The notes: a model not told the origin generated them from the letters alone. A stretch of 64,000 nt of DNA from Bacteroidaceae bacterium (GCA_017480685.1 JAFUSD010000002.1:14287-78286); one strand, 5' to 3'. Shown: positions 9,239-19,494, numbered from the stretch's first letter. A program made the numbers and translations.

Positions 9239-10747
9239 CTATTCCTTGCGCCAGAATCCGTGGGTTAGGAGTATGAGTATGGGGAATATCTCGAGACGGC
9301 CGATGAGCATGAGCATGGAGCAGACTATCTTGCCAGGCGCACTGATGATGGCCCATGAATGGGCAGGCCCGTAGTACCCCATGGCAGGACCCACGTTGCT
9401 GAGCGAGGAGAGGGAGACACTGAGTGCCTCGGTGAAATCGTGGCGCAGCAAATTGTGGCCGTCGGTCATCTGTGATATATATGTGTGGTCGACTCCGAAG
9501 AGGATGAGGACGAAGGCCCCGATGAACATCGAACCGACGAACAGGGTGACGAATGCCAGCATGGTTTTCTGTATCGACGTGGGTATCACGTCGTTGCCTA
9601 CTTTCACGCCTGCCACGATGCGCGGATGCAGGATGCGACGGAATTCGCCTTGAAGCACACTCCACAAGATGGCCCAGCGGATGCACTTGAATCCACCCGA
9701 TGTGCTGCCCGAGCAGGCTCCGGCAAACATGAGGAACAGCATGATGGGCATGAGTATTTGTGGCCAGATGGTATAGTCGCACGAAGCAAAACCCGTGGTG
9801 GTCTGTATTGACACTACGGTGAATATCGACTGGCGGAACGAGAGCTCGATATCGCCTTGGTTGTTGTGTATGGTGAGCAGGAGGGTGCAGATGATTGTGG
9901 ACAGGAACACTATGAAGGCATAAATGCGCAGTTCGGGATTGTGGAACAACCGGTGGAGGTGTCCGCGGAAGATGCTGTAGTAAAGCAGTGTGTAGTTCAC
10001 ACCCGAGAGAAACATGAAGAGTGTGGTGACATACTCGATGGCGGCTGAGTTCCATTGATCGTGGAAGAAAGCAGAATGTGGAGAGAAACCGCCTGTGGCT
10101 GTGGTGGTCATCGATATGTTGACGGCATCGAATACACTCATGCCACATACCACCAGCGAGAGGATGCAGAGGAGTGTGAGTGTGAGGTAGACCGACCCAA
10201 TCCACTTCACAGCCACGCTGATACGCGGGTGAATCTTGTCGTGGAGCGGTCCGGTCGATTCGGCAGCGAAGAGTTTCACTTCGCCTACCCCGAATGCCGG
10301 CAGTATGGCAAGGGTGAAGAAGATTATTCCGATACCGCCTATCCATTGTGTCATGCTTCGCCAAAAGATGATGCTGCGAGGCAGGATGTCGATTTTGTCG
10401 ATGATGGTGGCGCCGGTCGATGTGAATCCCGACATGGCTTCGAAGAATGCGCTGGCAAAATCGGGCACGCTGTCGGTCATGATAAATGGTATGGTACCTA
10501 TTGCGGTGAAGATAATCCATACGAGCGATACTATGATATATCCGTCGCGACGACCCAGTCGTTTGCCCTCACCGTGGCCTACGAGTCGGCCTGCGAGCCA
10601 TAGTATGATGCTCAGCACTGTAGTGTAGACGTATGGCATGATGTCTTCATCGTATATGATGGCTACGACCATGGTGATGAGCAGTATGCCTGCCTCGATG
10701 AAGAGGAGCATGCCGAGCACGTTGAATATTTGTCGCCAGTTGATCAT
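9239..10747 (-). CDS. trkH: TrkH-family potassium uptake membrane protein
   Basis: 502-aa polytopic membrane ORF with repeated TrkH pore-loop-type segments (TSTGAT, TTTGFAS, GSTSGG). Located downstream of trkA. Confidence 0.9.
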   Translation of the reverse strand: MINWRQIFNVLGMLLFIEAGILLITMVVAIIYDEDIMPYVYTTVLSIILWLAGRLVGHGEGKRLGRRDGYIIVSLVWIIFTAIGTIPFIMTDSVPDFASAFFEAMSGFTSTGATIIDKIDILPRSIIFWRSMTQWIGGIGIIFFTLAILPAFGVGEVKLFAAESTGPLHDKIHPRISVAVKWIGSVYLTLTLLCILSLVVCGMSVFDAVNISMTTTATGGFSPHSAFFHDQWNSAAIEYVTTLFMFLSGVNYTLLYYSIFRGHLHRLFHNPELRIYAFIVFLSTIICTLLLTIHNNQGDIELSFRQSIFTVVSIQTTTGFASCDYTIWPQILMPIMLFLMFAGACSGSTSGGFKCIRWAILWSVLQGEFRRILHPRIVAGVKVGNDVIPTSIQKTMLAFVTLFVGSMFIGAFVLILFGVDHTYISQMTDGHNLLRHDFTEALSVSLSSLSNVGPAMGYYGPAHSWAIISAPGKIVCSMLMLIGRLEIFPILILLTHGFWRKE

Positions 10748-10792
10748 TACTTCAATTCCTAAGTCTTTCAGTCGTTCAACACTTTAAGATTC

Positions 10793-10905
10793 TAATCCTT
10801 CAATCCTTTAAGGTTTTTAATCCTTCAATCCTTTAAGGTTTTTAATCCTTCAATCCTTTAAGGTTTTTAATCCTTCAATCCTTTAAGGTTTTTAATCCTT
10901 CAATC
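10793..10905. repeat. 25-bp perfect tandem repeat x4.5 filling the trkA-trkH intercistronic spacer
   Basis: taatccttcaatcctttaaggtttt occurs at 10793, 10818, 10843 and 10868, plus a 13-nt partial copy that abuts the trkA stop codon (10906-10908). Degenerate copies continue to about 10750. Confidence 0.95.
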
Positions 10906-12279
10906 TTAATTAAAATATCGTGCCAGTCGTTTCAGTGTCTGGCTGGTGCAGAATACCACGACGCGGTCGCCGCCTTGCAGCCTTGTGCTTCCCGACACCA
11001 GTTCGCCACGGCCATGACGTATCATGCCTCCTATGTTCACTTCGGATGGCAGGCCTATCTCCATGATGGGCTTCTTGGTGGCGCGCGAGCCGTCTTTGAC
11101 TACAAATTCGGCCACGTCGGCATCGGCCACGGTGAGCATCTTCACGTTGTTGACATCGGCCTTGAGCAGCATTTGGTAGATGTGGCTGGCTGCCAGCATC
11201 TTTTTGTTGATGACGGTACCCACGTCGAGCGACTCGGCCATATCGAGGTATGCCAGGTTTTCCACTTGGGCATAGGTGTTGCAGATGCCGTTGCGGCGTG
11301 CTGCCACGCATGCCAGTATGTTTTTCTCGTCGTTGTTGGTGAGGGCTGCAAAGGCTTCTATGTGGTTGTAGCCTTCGTCGCGAAGCAGGTCGAGGTCGTA
11401 GCCGTCGCCGTTGATTATCATGGTGCGCGATTTTACCATGCGACCCAGTTCTTCGCATCGAGCGGCATCGCGCTCAATGATTTTGAGCGACATATTGTCG
11501 GGAATTTCGCTGTCGGTGCGCACGGCCAGTTTGCCTCCGCCTATAATCATCACGTGCTTCACCTGGGGGTAGTTGTCCTTGCCTGCAAGGTGGCGTATGC
11601 TGGTGATTTCGGCCTTGGTGGTCATGAAGAAGACGAGATCGTCGTCCAGTATGCGTTCGTCGCCACTTGGAATGATGGTATCGCCGTCGCGCTTGATGGC
11701 TACCACATGGAATTTGTGTCCGTCCATGCTTATCTCCTTCAGTGTGTGACCAAGCAGCAGGTTTTCGTTTTTCGGTTTGCCGGTGCGGTCGAATGGGTTG
11801 AGCTCATGCATCTTGACGCTAATCAGCACGAGGTCGCCGTCGAAGTCGATGTATTGGCGTACCCAGCTATATTGTGCCGAGGCTGCTATCTCTTTGCCTG
11901 CCAGCATTTCGGGATATATGAGTGAGCTGATGCCCATGTTTTCAAACAGGTAGCGGTGGGATGATTGCATGTATTCGTAGTTGTCGATGCGTGCTACGGT
12001 GCGTTTGGCTCCCAGTTGCTTGGCCAGCATACAGCATGTGAGGTTTTCGCTCTCGTGTGGTGTGACCGCAATAAACAGGTTGGCGCTTTCGATGCCAGCG
12101 CGTTTCAAGGCATCGATCGATGTAGGCGATGCCACCAATGCCATGATGTCGAGGTCGCTGTTGAGCTTGGTGAGCTTGTCCTCGTCGGGGTCGATGAGGA
12201 CAATGTCGAGGTTTTCGTTTGAGAGCATCCTGGCAAGGTGGGTTCCCACTGCGCCGGCTCCGGCTATCACTATTTTCAT
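10906..12279 (-). CDS. trkA: Trk system potassium uptake protein TrkA (two RCK/NAD-binding modules)
   Basis: 457-aa ORF. MKIVIAGAGAVGTHLA and a second IIGGGKLA Rossmann motif give the typical tandem TrkA-N/TrkA-C layout. Confidence 0.9.
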   Translation of the reverse strand: MKIVIAGAGAVGTHLARMLSNENLDIVLIDPDEDKLTKLNSDLDIMALVASPTSIDALKRAGIESANLFIAVTPHESENLTCCMLAKQLGAKRTVARIDNYEYMQSSHRYLFENMGISSLIYPEMLAGKEIAASAQYSWVRQYIDFDGDLVLISVKMHELNPFDRTGKPKNENLLLGHTLKEISMDGHKFHVVAIKRDGDTIIPSGDERILDDDLVFFMTTKAEITSIRHLAGKDNYPQVKHVMIIGGGKLAVRTDSEIPDNMSLKIIERDAARCEELGRMVKSRTMIINGDGYDLDLLRDEGYNHIEAFAALTNNDEKNILACVAARRNGICNTYAQVENLAYLDMAESLDVGTVINKKMLAASHIYQMLLKADVNNVKMLTVADADVAEFVVKDGSRATKKPIMEIGLPSEVNIGGMIRHGRGELVSGSTRLQGGDRVVVFCTSQTLKRLARYFN

Positions 12280-12302
12280 GGGTTGTGAGTGTTTTGGGGG
12301 GG

Positions 12303-14246
12303 TTATTTCATCTCCTGTATCGCTTTGCTTATTGCCGCAGCATCCATGCCGATGAGGTGGCGAAGCTCAGGCACGGTGCCATGTTCGATGAAGCGGTCGG
12401 GGATGCCTATGCGGTGGACGTGTGGGGCGAGGTTGTGGTCGCTCATGTATTCAAGTACGGCACTGCCCAGCCCGCCTTCCACCACTCCGTCTTCCACGGT
12501 AATGATGCGGCTGAACCGGTGGCCCACCTCATGGAGCAGGTCGGTGTCGATGGGTTTCAGGAATCGCATGTCGTAGTGTGCCACGCTCAGCTGACGGCCC
12601 GAGTTGGCTGCTTCCATCTCGGCCATCGTTATGGCTTGTGCCACCTCGGTACCGATGGGCCCTATGCTGAGCACAGCCAGGTCGATGCCCTCTTTCAGAC
12701 AGCGGCCGCGGCCTATGGGCAGTTCCTCGAAGTCGCAGTGCCAGTCGATGAGGGAACCGCAACCGCGGGGGTAGCGTATGACGAAGGTGCCTTTGTCGGG
12801 CAGCTGTGCGGTATACATCAGTTTGCGCAACTCGTGCTCGTCGAGAGGTGATGCTATGGTGAGGTTGGGTATAGGGCGTAGGAATGCCATGTCGAAGGCT
12901 CCGTGGTGAGTAGGGCCGTCTTCGCCCACGATGCCCGCGCGGTCGAGGCAGAGCACCATGTTGAGCCGCATGATGGCTGCATCGTGTATGATGTTGTCGT
13001 AGGCGCGCTGCATGAACGAGGAGTATATGTTGCAGAATGGCAGCAATCCGTCTTTGGCCATTCCGCCCGAGAAGGTGACGGCGTGGCCCTCGGCTATACC
13101 TACATCGAAGGTGCGCCCTGGCATGGCGCGCATCATGATGTTCATGGAGCAGCCGGTGGGCATGGCAGGTGTGACGCCAACTATCTTGTCGTTCTGCTGT
13201 GCCAGTTCGAGCAGGGTCTTGCCGAAAACATCTTGGAACTTAGGCGGATGTGGCGTGCCCGGGTCGCTCTTGATGCGTTCGCCGCTCTCGTAGTCGAACA
13301 GGCCTGGTGCATGCCACACTGTGGCGTTCTGCTCGGCAGGCTGGTAGCCTTTGCCCTTCTTGGTGTGTATGTGCAGGATTTTAGGCCCCTTCATGTCCTT
13401 GATGACACGCAGTATGTGTACCAGTTCGGTCACTCGGTGTCCGTCGGCAGGTCCGAAATAGCGTATGTCGAGGCCTTCGAATATGTTTTGCTGATTGGTG
13501 AGCAACGCTTTCATGCTGTTGTTGAAACGCAGCAGACCCTTCTTGCGACGGTCGTTGAGGATGCCCCACTCATAGAGTTTGAGCGAAGCCTTGTAGCGCA
13601 GGCGGTTGTAGGTGCTGTTGGTGGTGAGTTCGAGTAGCGACTGGCGCATGCCGCCCACACTTTGGTCAATCGACATGTTGTTGTCGTTCAGTATGATGAG
13701 CATGTCGTTGGGGGTGCTCGACACGTTGTTCAAGCCCTCGAAAGCCAGGCCTCCGCTCATGGCCCCGTCGCCAATCACAGCCACCACCTTGCGGTCGATG
13801 CCCTGCTGACGGGCAGCCACGGCCATGCCCAGTGCTGCCGATATGGAATTCGACGCATGTCCGCAGCAGAAAGTGTCGTATTCGCTTTCGGTTGGGAATG
13901 GGAATGGCTTCAGTCCGTGGAACTTGCGGTTGGTGGAGAAGCGCTCCTTGCGTCCGGTCAGAATCTTGTGGGCATATGCCTGATGCCCCACGTCCCACAC
14001 GATACGGTCGTCGGGGGTGTTGAACACATAGTGTAGCGCCACGGTAATCTCTACGGCACCAAGGCTCGAAGCCAGGTGTCCGGGGTTGACCGACAATTCT
14101 TCTATGATGTCCTGCCTGAGTTCGCTGCACAACTGTGGCAATTGACTCACACGCAGCTTTCTCAAGTCGCTTGGATATTCTATCTGTGAAAGGAGGCTGA
14201 GCTCCTTGTTTTCGTCTGTAATCATGAGCAATAAATCAATTGGCAC
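12303..14246 (-). CDS. dxs: 1-deoxy-D-xylulose-5-phosphate synthase
   Basis: 647-aa ORF. Contains [11 protein letters not shown], the [11 protein letters not shown] motif and the TPP-binding GDGAMSGG. The start could instead be the ATG 7 codons downstream (14225). Confidence 0.95.
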   Translation of the reverse strand: MPIDLLLMITDENKELSLLSQIEYPSDLRKLRVSQLPQLCSELRQDIIEELSVNPGHLASSLGAVEITVALHYVFNTPDDRIVWDVGHQAYAHKILTGRKERFSTNRKFHGLKPFPFPTESEYDTFCCGHASNSISAALGMAVAARQQGIDRKVVAVIGDGAMSGGLAFEGLNNVSSTPNDMLIILNDNNMSIDQSVGGMRQSLLELTTNSTYNRLRYKASLKLYEWGILNDRRKKGLLRFNNSMKALLTNQQNIFEGLDIRYFGPADGHRVTELVHILRVIKDMKGPKILHIHTKKGKGYQPAEQNATVWHAPGLFDYESGERIKSDPGTPHPPKFQDVFGKTLLELAQQNDKIVGVTPAMPTGCSMNIMMRAMPGRTFDVGIAEGHAVTFSGGMAKDGLLPFCNIYSSFMQRAYDNIIHDAAIMRLNMVLCLDRAGIVGEDGPTHHGAFDMAFLRPIPNLTIASPLDEHELRKLMYTAQLPDKGTFVIRYPRGCGSLIDWHCDFEELPIGRGRCLKEGIDLAVLSIGPIGTEVAQAITMAEMEAANSGRQLSVAHYDMRFLKPIDTDLLHEVGHRFSRIITVEDGVVEGGLGSAVLEYMSDHNLAPHVHRIGIPDRFIEHGTVPELRHLIGMDAAAISKAIQEMK

Positions 14247-14297
14247 AGCCCACGGTGCTTAGCGGCTGGCAGGCTGGCACATACTACTGTCAATTTG

Positions 14298-14305
14298 CAA
14301 AAATA
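14298..14305 (-). promoter_or_regulatory. -7 promoter box TATTTTTG upstream of dxs
   Basis: The minus strand reads gctgTATTTTTGcaaattg about 50 nt upstream of the dxs start. Confidence 0.45.
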
Positions 14306-14435
14306 CAGCTTTTTCTCCAAGCAGCAAAGCATAACCATGTTTTTTTAGGTTTTCTGGCGTAAAAACGTATTTATATTGCCTTATATGTGTGGTTTGACAA
14401 TGCAATTTGTCACTTATATATGTGTGTATAAGCAA

Positions 14436-14474
14436 GCAATGCCAGAGCGTCGGCCCTGGCATTGCTTTTTTTTT
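14436..14474 (+). terminator. Strong intrinsic terminator-like hairpin with a T9 tract, not attached to any intact gene
   Basis: gcaatgccag-(10 nt)-ctggcattgc followed by ttttttttt. On the minus strand the same hairpin follows the 14501 gene remnant. Confidence 0.6.
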
Positions 14475-14500
14475 CGTTATAACGGTTTATCGCAACTGTA

Positions 14501-14720
14501 TCACTTCACGATAACCTTCTTGCCGCCAACGATGTTGATGCCCTTCTGCAAGCCTCCCGGGGGCGCTGACCGGCGATGTTGTAGATGCCTGTATGTGCTG
14601 CGGTCGTCGGCGTATGGTATGTGCAGTTTGTTCCATTTGTCGTCGATCATATACTTCAGCACGTCGGCACGCTGTACGTGGAGGTTCACCGTCTGTGCTC
14701 CGTCGTAGATTGAAGCGGCA
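14501..14720 (-). pseudogene. C-terminal remnant of a secreted protein (frameshifted tail ...GIYNIAGQR / ...KGINIVGGKKVIVK)
   Basis: The 62-aa ORF ends in INIVGGKKVIVK. An adjacent frame reads GIYNIAGQR. Together they resemble the conserved C-terminal beta-strand tail seen on many Bacteroidales secreted proteins. No N-terminal part is present. Confidence 0.35.
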
Positions 14721-14721
14721 G

Positions 14722-15057
14722 CCAGCGGAGCTCTGTCGCAACTTGAGGACCGACGAGCTGACGTCTCACATACCAGTGGTAGTCATCACGGCCAAGGCTA
14801 CGGATGCCGACCGCCGTAGTAGGCATCGAGGCAGGAGCAGATGCATATCTCTCCAAGCCATTCAACTCCGACGAACTGTTTGCACGCATCAGTCAGCTGC
14901 TGGAACAACTCGGGCCGCATGAGACGCAAATATGCTCTCCAACCCTATACGCACGGGTGGTGGCAATGCCGTCGGGGGCTGCGGCGTAAGATTAACGCCA
15001 TCACAGGCGTGTCGCCCAAGAAACTCATCATCGACATCCGACAATACTATTACAAAT
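14722..15057 (+). pseudogene. Degenerate remnant of an HTCS C-terminus (receiver domain plus AraC HTH), split over three frames
   Basis: Frame 1 reads LTSHIPVVVITAKATDADR. Frame 2 reads VVGIEAGADAYLSKPFNSDELFARISQLLEQ. Frame 3 reads INAITGVSPKKLIIDIRQYYYK*. These parallel the REC and HTH segments of the intact HTCS at 53647-57582 (KAGADAYLPKPFD..., LKALTGQTPSQFIRSIRL). Confidence 0.55.
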
Positions 15058-15118
15058 AGTAAATAAATAGTAAATCGTCAAATAATTCATAAATAGTAAA
15101 TCTCATAGTTTATACCTG
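15052..15118. repeat. AAAT(A/C)GT heptamer tract (AT-rich family copy)
   Basis: acaaatagtaaataaatagtaaatcgtcaaataattcataaatagtaaatctcatagtttatacc. The end resembles the 34331-34415 tract (gtaaatcccataggttcctatcc). Confidence 0.75.
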
Positions 15119-15170
15119 CAAAAAGAGAGAGGCCGGATAAAAAGGACACACGTCCCATCCGGTCTCTCTA
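15116..15170 (-). terminator. Intrinsic terminator downstream of ddh
   Basis: The minus strand has agagagaccggat...atccggcctctct followed by ctttttgc. Confidence 0.7.
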
Positions 15171-15247
15171 TATATATGTATATGTGTGTATTGATTGTCG
15201 GCCTGGCGTCTTGATGAGGCTTTAGTGGGCCTTGACGCAGGCGGCGT

Positions 15248-16132
15248 CTACACCAGATGTCGTATGATGTCTTCGCGCTCGCCGGGCAACATGTCGATGA
15301 CCGGCAACTCTATCATGGTGTAGGCTCCTGGCTGCTGGCGCATAGAGGCACGTGCCACGTTTACAAGCACCTGAGCAGTAAGGGCCGGGTTGTTGATTTT
15401 CATGTTGAACTCGAAGAGCTGGTTGTGGGTCTTGCCCGACACACCCTTGCGCACGAGATTCACACCATGACCTACGTCGTTGAGCTGGTCTACCGAGTCG
15501 ACCTGCATCACGTGGGTCTCGTCGTTCACGAAATAAGCATCGGCTTTGATGGCTGCCTCCACCGTCTTGAAGTCGGCACCATCCTCAAGCTCCACATACA
15601 CCATGCGGCGATGTATGCCGGTTCCTACAGGTATGGTCATCGACAGTGCGTCGCGTACGCCTGGTATGGCACGCACAGCAACCGAGTGACCCATCGAGCG
15701 ACCCGGGCCGAAGTTGGTGTAGCTGATGCCGCGCGGTGCAAGACTCTCCATCAGAGTGCGCACGATGGAGTCGCTGCCCGGATCCCATCCGGCACTGATG
15801 ATGCTCACGACGCCGTGCTGCTTGGCTATGGGGTCGAGGGTGCGACGGAGGTCGACGATGCTGGTGTGGATGTCGAACGAGTCGACGGTATTGATGCCCA
15901 TAGCAAGGCATTGCTTGGCATACTCCTCAACCTTGCGTGTGGGAGTGGCGAGTATGGCAACATCTACCTTACCCAGTTCACGGATGTCGGTCACTACGGG
16001 GTATCCGCAGATGGTGCTTTCGCTCACCTTGCGGCGCACGATGCCTGCACACTCCATGTCGGGGGCTGCCTCGATGGCTTCGAGGGCATAACGGCCAATG
16101 TTGCCGTAACCTACGATTGCAATTCTTGTCAT
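15248..16132 (-). CDS. ddh: meso-diaminopimelate D-dehydrogenase
   Basis: 294-aa ORF. N-terminal Rossmann MTRIAIVGYGNIGRYALEAI. Length and sequence are typical of Bacteroidales Ddh. Confidence 0.85.
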   Translation of the reverse strand: MTRIAIVGYGNIGRYALEAIEAAPDMECAGIVRRKVSESTICGYPVVTDIRELGKVDVAILATPTRKVEEYAKQCLAMGINTVDSFDIHTSIVDLRRTLDPIAKQHGVVSIISAGWDPGSDSIVRTLMESLAPRGISYTNFGPGRSMGHSVAVRAIPGVRDALSMTIPVGTGIHRRMVYVELEDGADFKTVEAAIKADAYFVNDETHVMQVDSVDQLNDVGHGVNLVRKGVSGKTHNQLFEFNMKINNPALTAQVLVNVARASMRQQPGAYTMIELPVIDMLPGEREDIIRHLV

Positions 16133-16249
16133 AATGTTTTGTTTTGTGTTTGTTGGGTTTGTGAAATGATGTAAAATCGTGTCTCTTACACCTTATTATA
16201 TTTTATATATAAGAATAATACACACTACATGAAATACATACACACTACC

Positions 16250-16300
16250 TCATAAAAACGAAAGTACCCCCTTCCTCCAAGGGATTGAGGCAGGGGGTAC
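16250..16300 (-). terminator. Intrinsic terminator downstream of secDF
   Basis: gtaccccc-(21 nt)-gggggtac, followed on the minus strand by tttcgttttta. Confidence 0.7.
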
Positions 16301-16315
16301 ATGAGGTAATCTGAT

Positions 16316-19300
16316 TTATTCCTCGGCTTCCTCTTTGATCTTGCGTCCCAGCATGAGGTATGCTGTAGGAGCAGCGATGAAGAGTGAAGAGGTGGTACCG
16401 ATGAGCACACCAAGTATCATGGCAAATGCGAAGCTGCGGATGCTGTCACCACCGAAGATGAAGATACAGAGCAGCACGATGAGCGTTGATACCGAGGTGT
16501 TGATGGTACGTGCCAATGTGGAGTTGAGCGACTGGTTGAACACGAGTTGCTTGTCGCGCTTCGGGTAGAGTTTCAACTCTTCACGGATACGGTCGAAGAT
16601 TACCACCTTGTCGTTGATAGAATAACCGATAGCGGTAAGGATGGCACCGATGAATGTCTGGTCGATTTCGAGCGAGAATCCTATCCAGCCCCAGCACAGT
16701 GAGTAAATACCGATGATGAGCAGGGTGTCGAGTGTCAGTGCAACAACTGAGCCGACAGAGAATGCCACGTTGCGGAAGCGAATGAGGATGTAGATGAAGA
16801 TTGCAATAAGTGCAAGAATCACTGACCAGATAGCACCGTAGGTGATGTCTTCAGCTATTGAAGGACCTACCTTCTGCGAGCTGATGATTGAACCACCAGT
16901 GCGGTTGTCGCGGTCGATGAAGTGCTCGAGTGTCACGGTTGAACCGTCGATTTGTCCACCTTCGACGAGGGTCTCATAGATGGTCTTCTCGATTTCAGCG
17001 TCGACGTTCTCGCCGTTTTCGTTGATGCGGTAGTTGGTCGAGATACGTACCATCTTCTTGTCGGTACCCAGGGCGATGACCTGAGTTGTGACCTTGTCGA
17101 CATCTTCCTCGGCATCTGCACGTGCCTGGAACTTGTTTGAGAGGTTGGCGCGGATGTCTTCGGGTTCTACTTCGGTCACGAATTCAACCTTGTAGTTGCG
17201 ACCACCAGTGAAGTCGATTGACTGGCTGAGGCCACGTACTGCAAACGAGATGAGGCAGATGATGAGGAATGCGCCGAATGCGCCGAACGACTTCTTGTAT
17301 GCACCCATGAAGTTGTACTTGGTGCCCTGCATGAGGTTCTTCGAAACAGAAGTGGTGAATGTGAGGTCGAGCCACTTGTCGCGGTTGAGGAAGTGCTCGT
17401 AAACGATACGAGTCAACCAAACGGCGGTGAAGAATGAGCAGACGATACCGATGATGAGTGTCGTTGCGAATCCCTTGATAGGTCCTGTACCGAAGTAGAA
17501 GAGGATGATACCGGTTATGATTGATGTTACGTTAGAGTCGAGGATTGCCGAGAATGCGTTGCTGTAACCTGCAGCCACGGCGTTCTTCAGGTTCTTGCCA
17601 CCCTTGAGTTCTTCCTTCGTACGCTCGTAGATGAGCACGTTGGCATCGACTGCCATACCGAGTGTGAGCACCATACCTGCTATTCCCGACATGGTGAGTG
17701 CGGCTGAGAGCGAGGTGAGGATTCCCAGTGTGAAGAAAAAGTTGAGCAACAGGGCGCTGTTGGCAACCATACCTGGGCGCAGGCCGTACATCATGCACAT
17801 GTAAATCATAAGAACAATGAATGCGATGATGAACGAGATGAAACCGGCGTTGATTGACTCCTGTCCGAGCGATGGACCTACGATGTCTTCCTGTACGATT
17901 TGCATCGGGGCAGGCATCTTACCTGATGAGAGCACGTTGGCAAGGTCTCGGGTCTCGGTTGTGGTGAATGAGCCGGTGATTTGTGTGCTACCGCCTGATA
18001 TCTTGTTTTGCACGTTTGGTGCGCTGTAGACAACATCGTCGAGCACAACGGCTACGCAGTGATCAACGTTTGCTTCGGTCAGTGCGGCCCACTTGCGTGA
18101 ACCTTCTGTGTTCATCTTCATGGTCACGCATGGACGGCTGAACTCGTCGAATGATTCTTTTGATTCGGTCACTACATCACCCTCGATTGGTGCGCGGCCG
18201 TTTTGTCCGGTCATGCGGATTGCGTAGAGTGGATATATGCGTCCGGCTTTGTCTTCCGACTTCACGCCCCACTTGAGCGACATATCGGCTGGCAACACTT
18301 GCTTTGCGATGTCGGAGTGGAGGAGTGCGTTGATTTCAGCCGTGTCTGATGCGAGTGCATATCCTACCATACATCCTGCTGCGCCTTGCATTGGTTGCAG
18401 CATTGCGAAGAGCGGGTTCTGTGCTTTTGCCTTGGCTATGGCAGCAGAGTCGGCTGCTGTGTTGGCACTGATTGCAGGGCCTTGGTCGGTTGCCACTTGT
18501 TCGAGCAGGTTTTCTTCGTTGGCTGTGGTGTCTACGTTTTCTGCTACTTCAGCTTTTTCTGTGGCTGCGTCAGTTTCGGCTGCCTCGGTGTTTTCAGCAA
18601 GTTCTGTGTCTTCTGCGGTTTCTGCCACCTGCTGTGTGTTGCGCAGTGCGGTGTTGAGTTGGTTGAGGAATGGCAGTGCAGCTTGTGTGTCGTATGTTTC
18701 CCAGAATTCGAGGTTGGCGCTTCCTTGCAGGAGTTTGCGTACTCGCTCTGGCTCTCTGATACCAGGAAGTTCAATCATGATTCGTCCCGACTGTCCTTCA
18801 ATTTTCTGTATGTTTGGCTGTACAACACCGAATCGGTCGATACGGTTGCGCAGCACGAGGAACGAGTTGTCGATTGCGCTTTCCAGTTCGTCGCGCAATA
18901 CGCTTTCCACCTCGCTGTCGGTTGAGTTGGTGTTTACTTTGCCCTTGAGTTTCTGCGTGGCGAAGATTTGTGCTAATCGTCCGTCGGGCGCATTCTTTTT
19001 ATAGGCTTTGATAAACAGTGTGATAAAGTCGCTCTGGCTTTCGATTGACTGCTTCTGTGCTTCGCTTACTGCAGCAACGAATGCAGAGTCGGTTTTGTGG
19101 TCGGCTAATGCCTTGACTACTTCGGGCACTGATACTTCCATGATGACGTTCATACCGCCTTTGAGGTCGAGTCCGAGCCCGATGGCAGTTTCGCGGCATT
19201 GCTTCAGGTTGTAGTTGCCCAAGTAGAACGGAGTCGTGCTAAGCGAGTCCAGATAGAGTTCTGCTTGCTTCTCTTCCATCTTTGATGCTTTGTTCTCTAC

Positions 19301-19390
19301 GTAGCTTGTCACTACCGAGAATGACAGATAGAAGATGCAGATAAGTGTTAGCGCAATGGCTAAGAACTTAACAAATCCTTTGTTTTGCAT
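16316..19390 (-). CDS. secDF: Fused protein translocase subunit SecDF
   Basis: 1024-aa ORF. The SecD N-terminus (MQNKGFVKFLAIALTLICIFYLSF, GLDLKGGM) and the SecF half (IDFTGGRNY) are fused, as in Bacteroidota. Confidence 0.95.
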   Translation of the reverse strand: MQNKGFVKFLAIALTLICIFYLSFSVVTSYVENKASKMEEKQAELYLDSLSTTPFYLGNYNLKQCRETAIGLGLDLKGGMNVIMEVSVPEVVKALADHKTDSAFVAAVSEAQKQSIESQSDFITLFIKAYKKNAPDGRLAQIFATQKLKGKVNTNSTDSEVESVLRDELESAIDNSFLVLRNRIDRFGVVQPNIQKIEGQSGRIMIELPGIREPERVRKLLQGSANLEFWETYDTQAALPFLNQLNTALRNTQQVAETAEDTELAENTEAAETDAATEKAEVAENVDTTANEENLLEQVATDQGPAISANTAADSAAIAKAKAQNPLFAMLQPMQGAAGCMVGYALASDTAEINALLHSDIAKQVLPADMSLKWGVKSEDKAGRIYPLYAIRMTGQNGRAPIEGDVVTESKESFDEFSRPCVTMKMNTEGSRKWAALTEANVDHCVAVVLDDVVYSAPNVQNKISGGSTQITGSFTTTETRDLANVLSSGKMPAPMQIVQEDIVGPSLGQESINAGFISFIIAFIVLMIYMCMMYGLRPGMVANSALLLNFFFTLGILTSLSAALTMSGIAGMVLTLGMAVDANVLIYERTKEELKGGKNLKNAVAAGYSNAFSAILDSNVTSIITGIILFYFGTGPIKGFATTLIIGIVCSFFTAVWLTRIVYEHFLNRDKWLDLTFTTSVSKNLMQGTKYNFMGAYKKSFGAFGAFLIICLISFAVRGLSQSIDFTGGRNYKVEFVTEVEPEDIRANLSNKFQARADAEEDVDKVTTQVIALGTDKKMVRISTNYRINENGENVDAEIEKTIYETLVEGGQIDGSTVTLEHFIDRDNRTGGSIISSQKVGPSIAEDITYGAIWSVILALIAIFIYILIRFRNVAFSVGSVVALTLDTLLIIGIYSLCWGWIGFSLEIDQTFIGAILTAIGYSINDKVVIFDRIREELKLYPKRDKQLVFNQSLNSTLARTINTSVSTLIVLLCIFIFGGDSIRSFAFAMILGVLIGTTSSLFIAAPTAYLMLGRKIKEEAEE

Positions 19391-19494
19391 TGTTGATGAT
19401 TAAAGTTGTTTATTTGTTTTATTGTTTTGTTTTATGCACACTTTTTGCGCCGCATTGCCTGGTGGCTGTGCGGTGCATTGTTTCTTTCGAGCTG

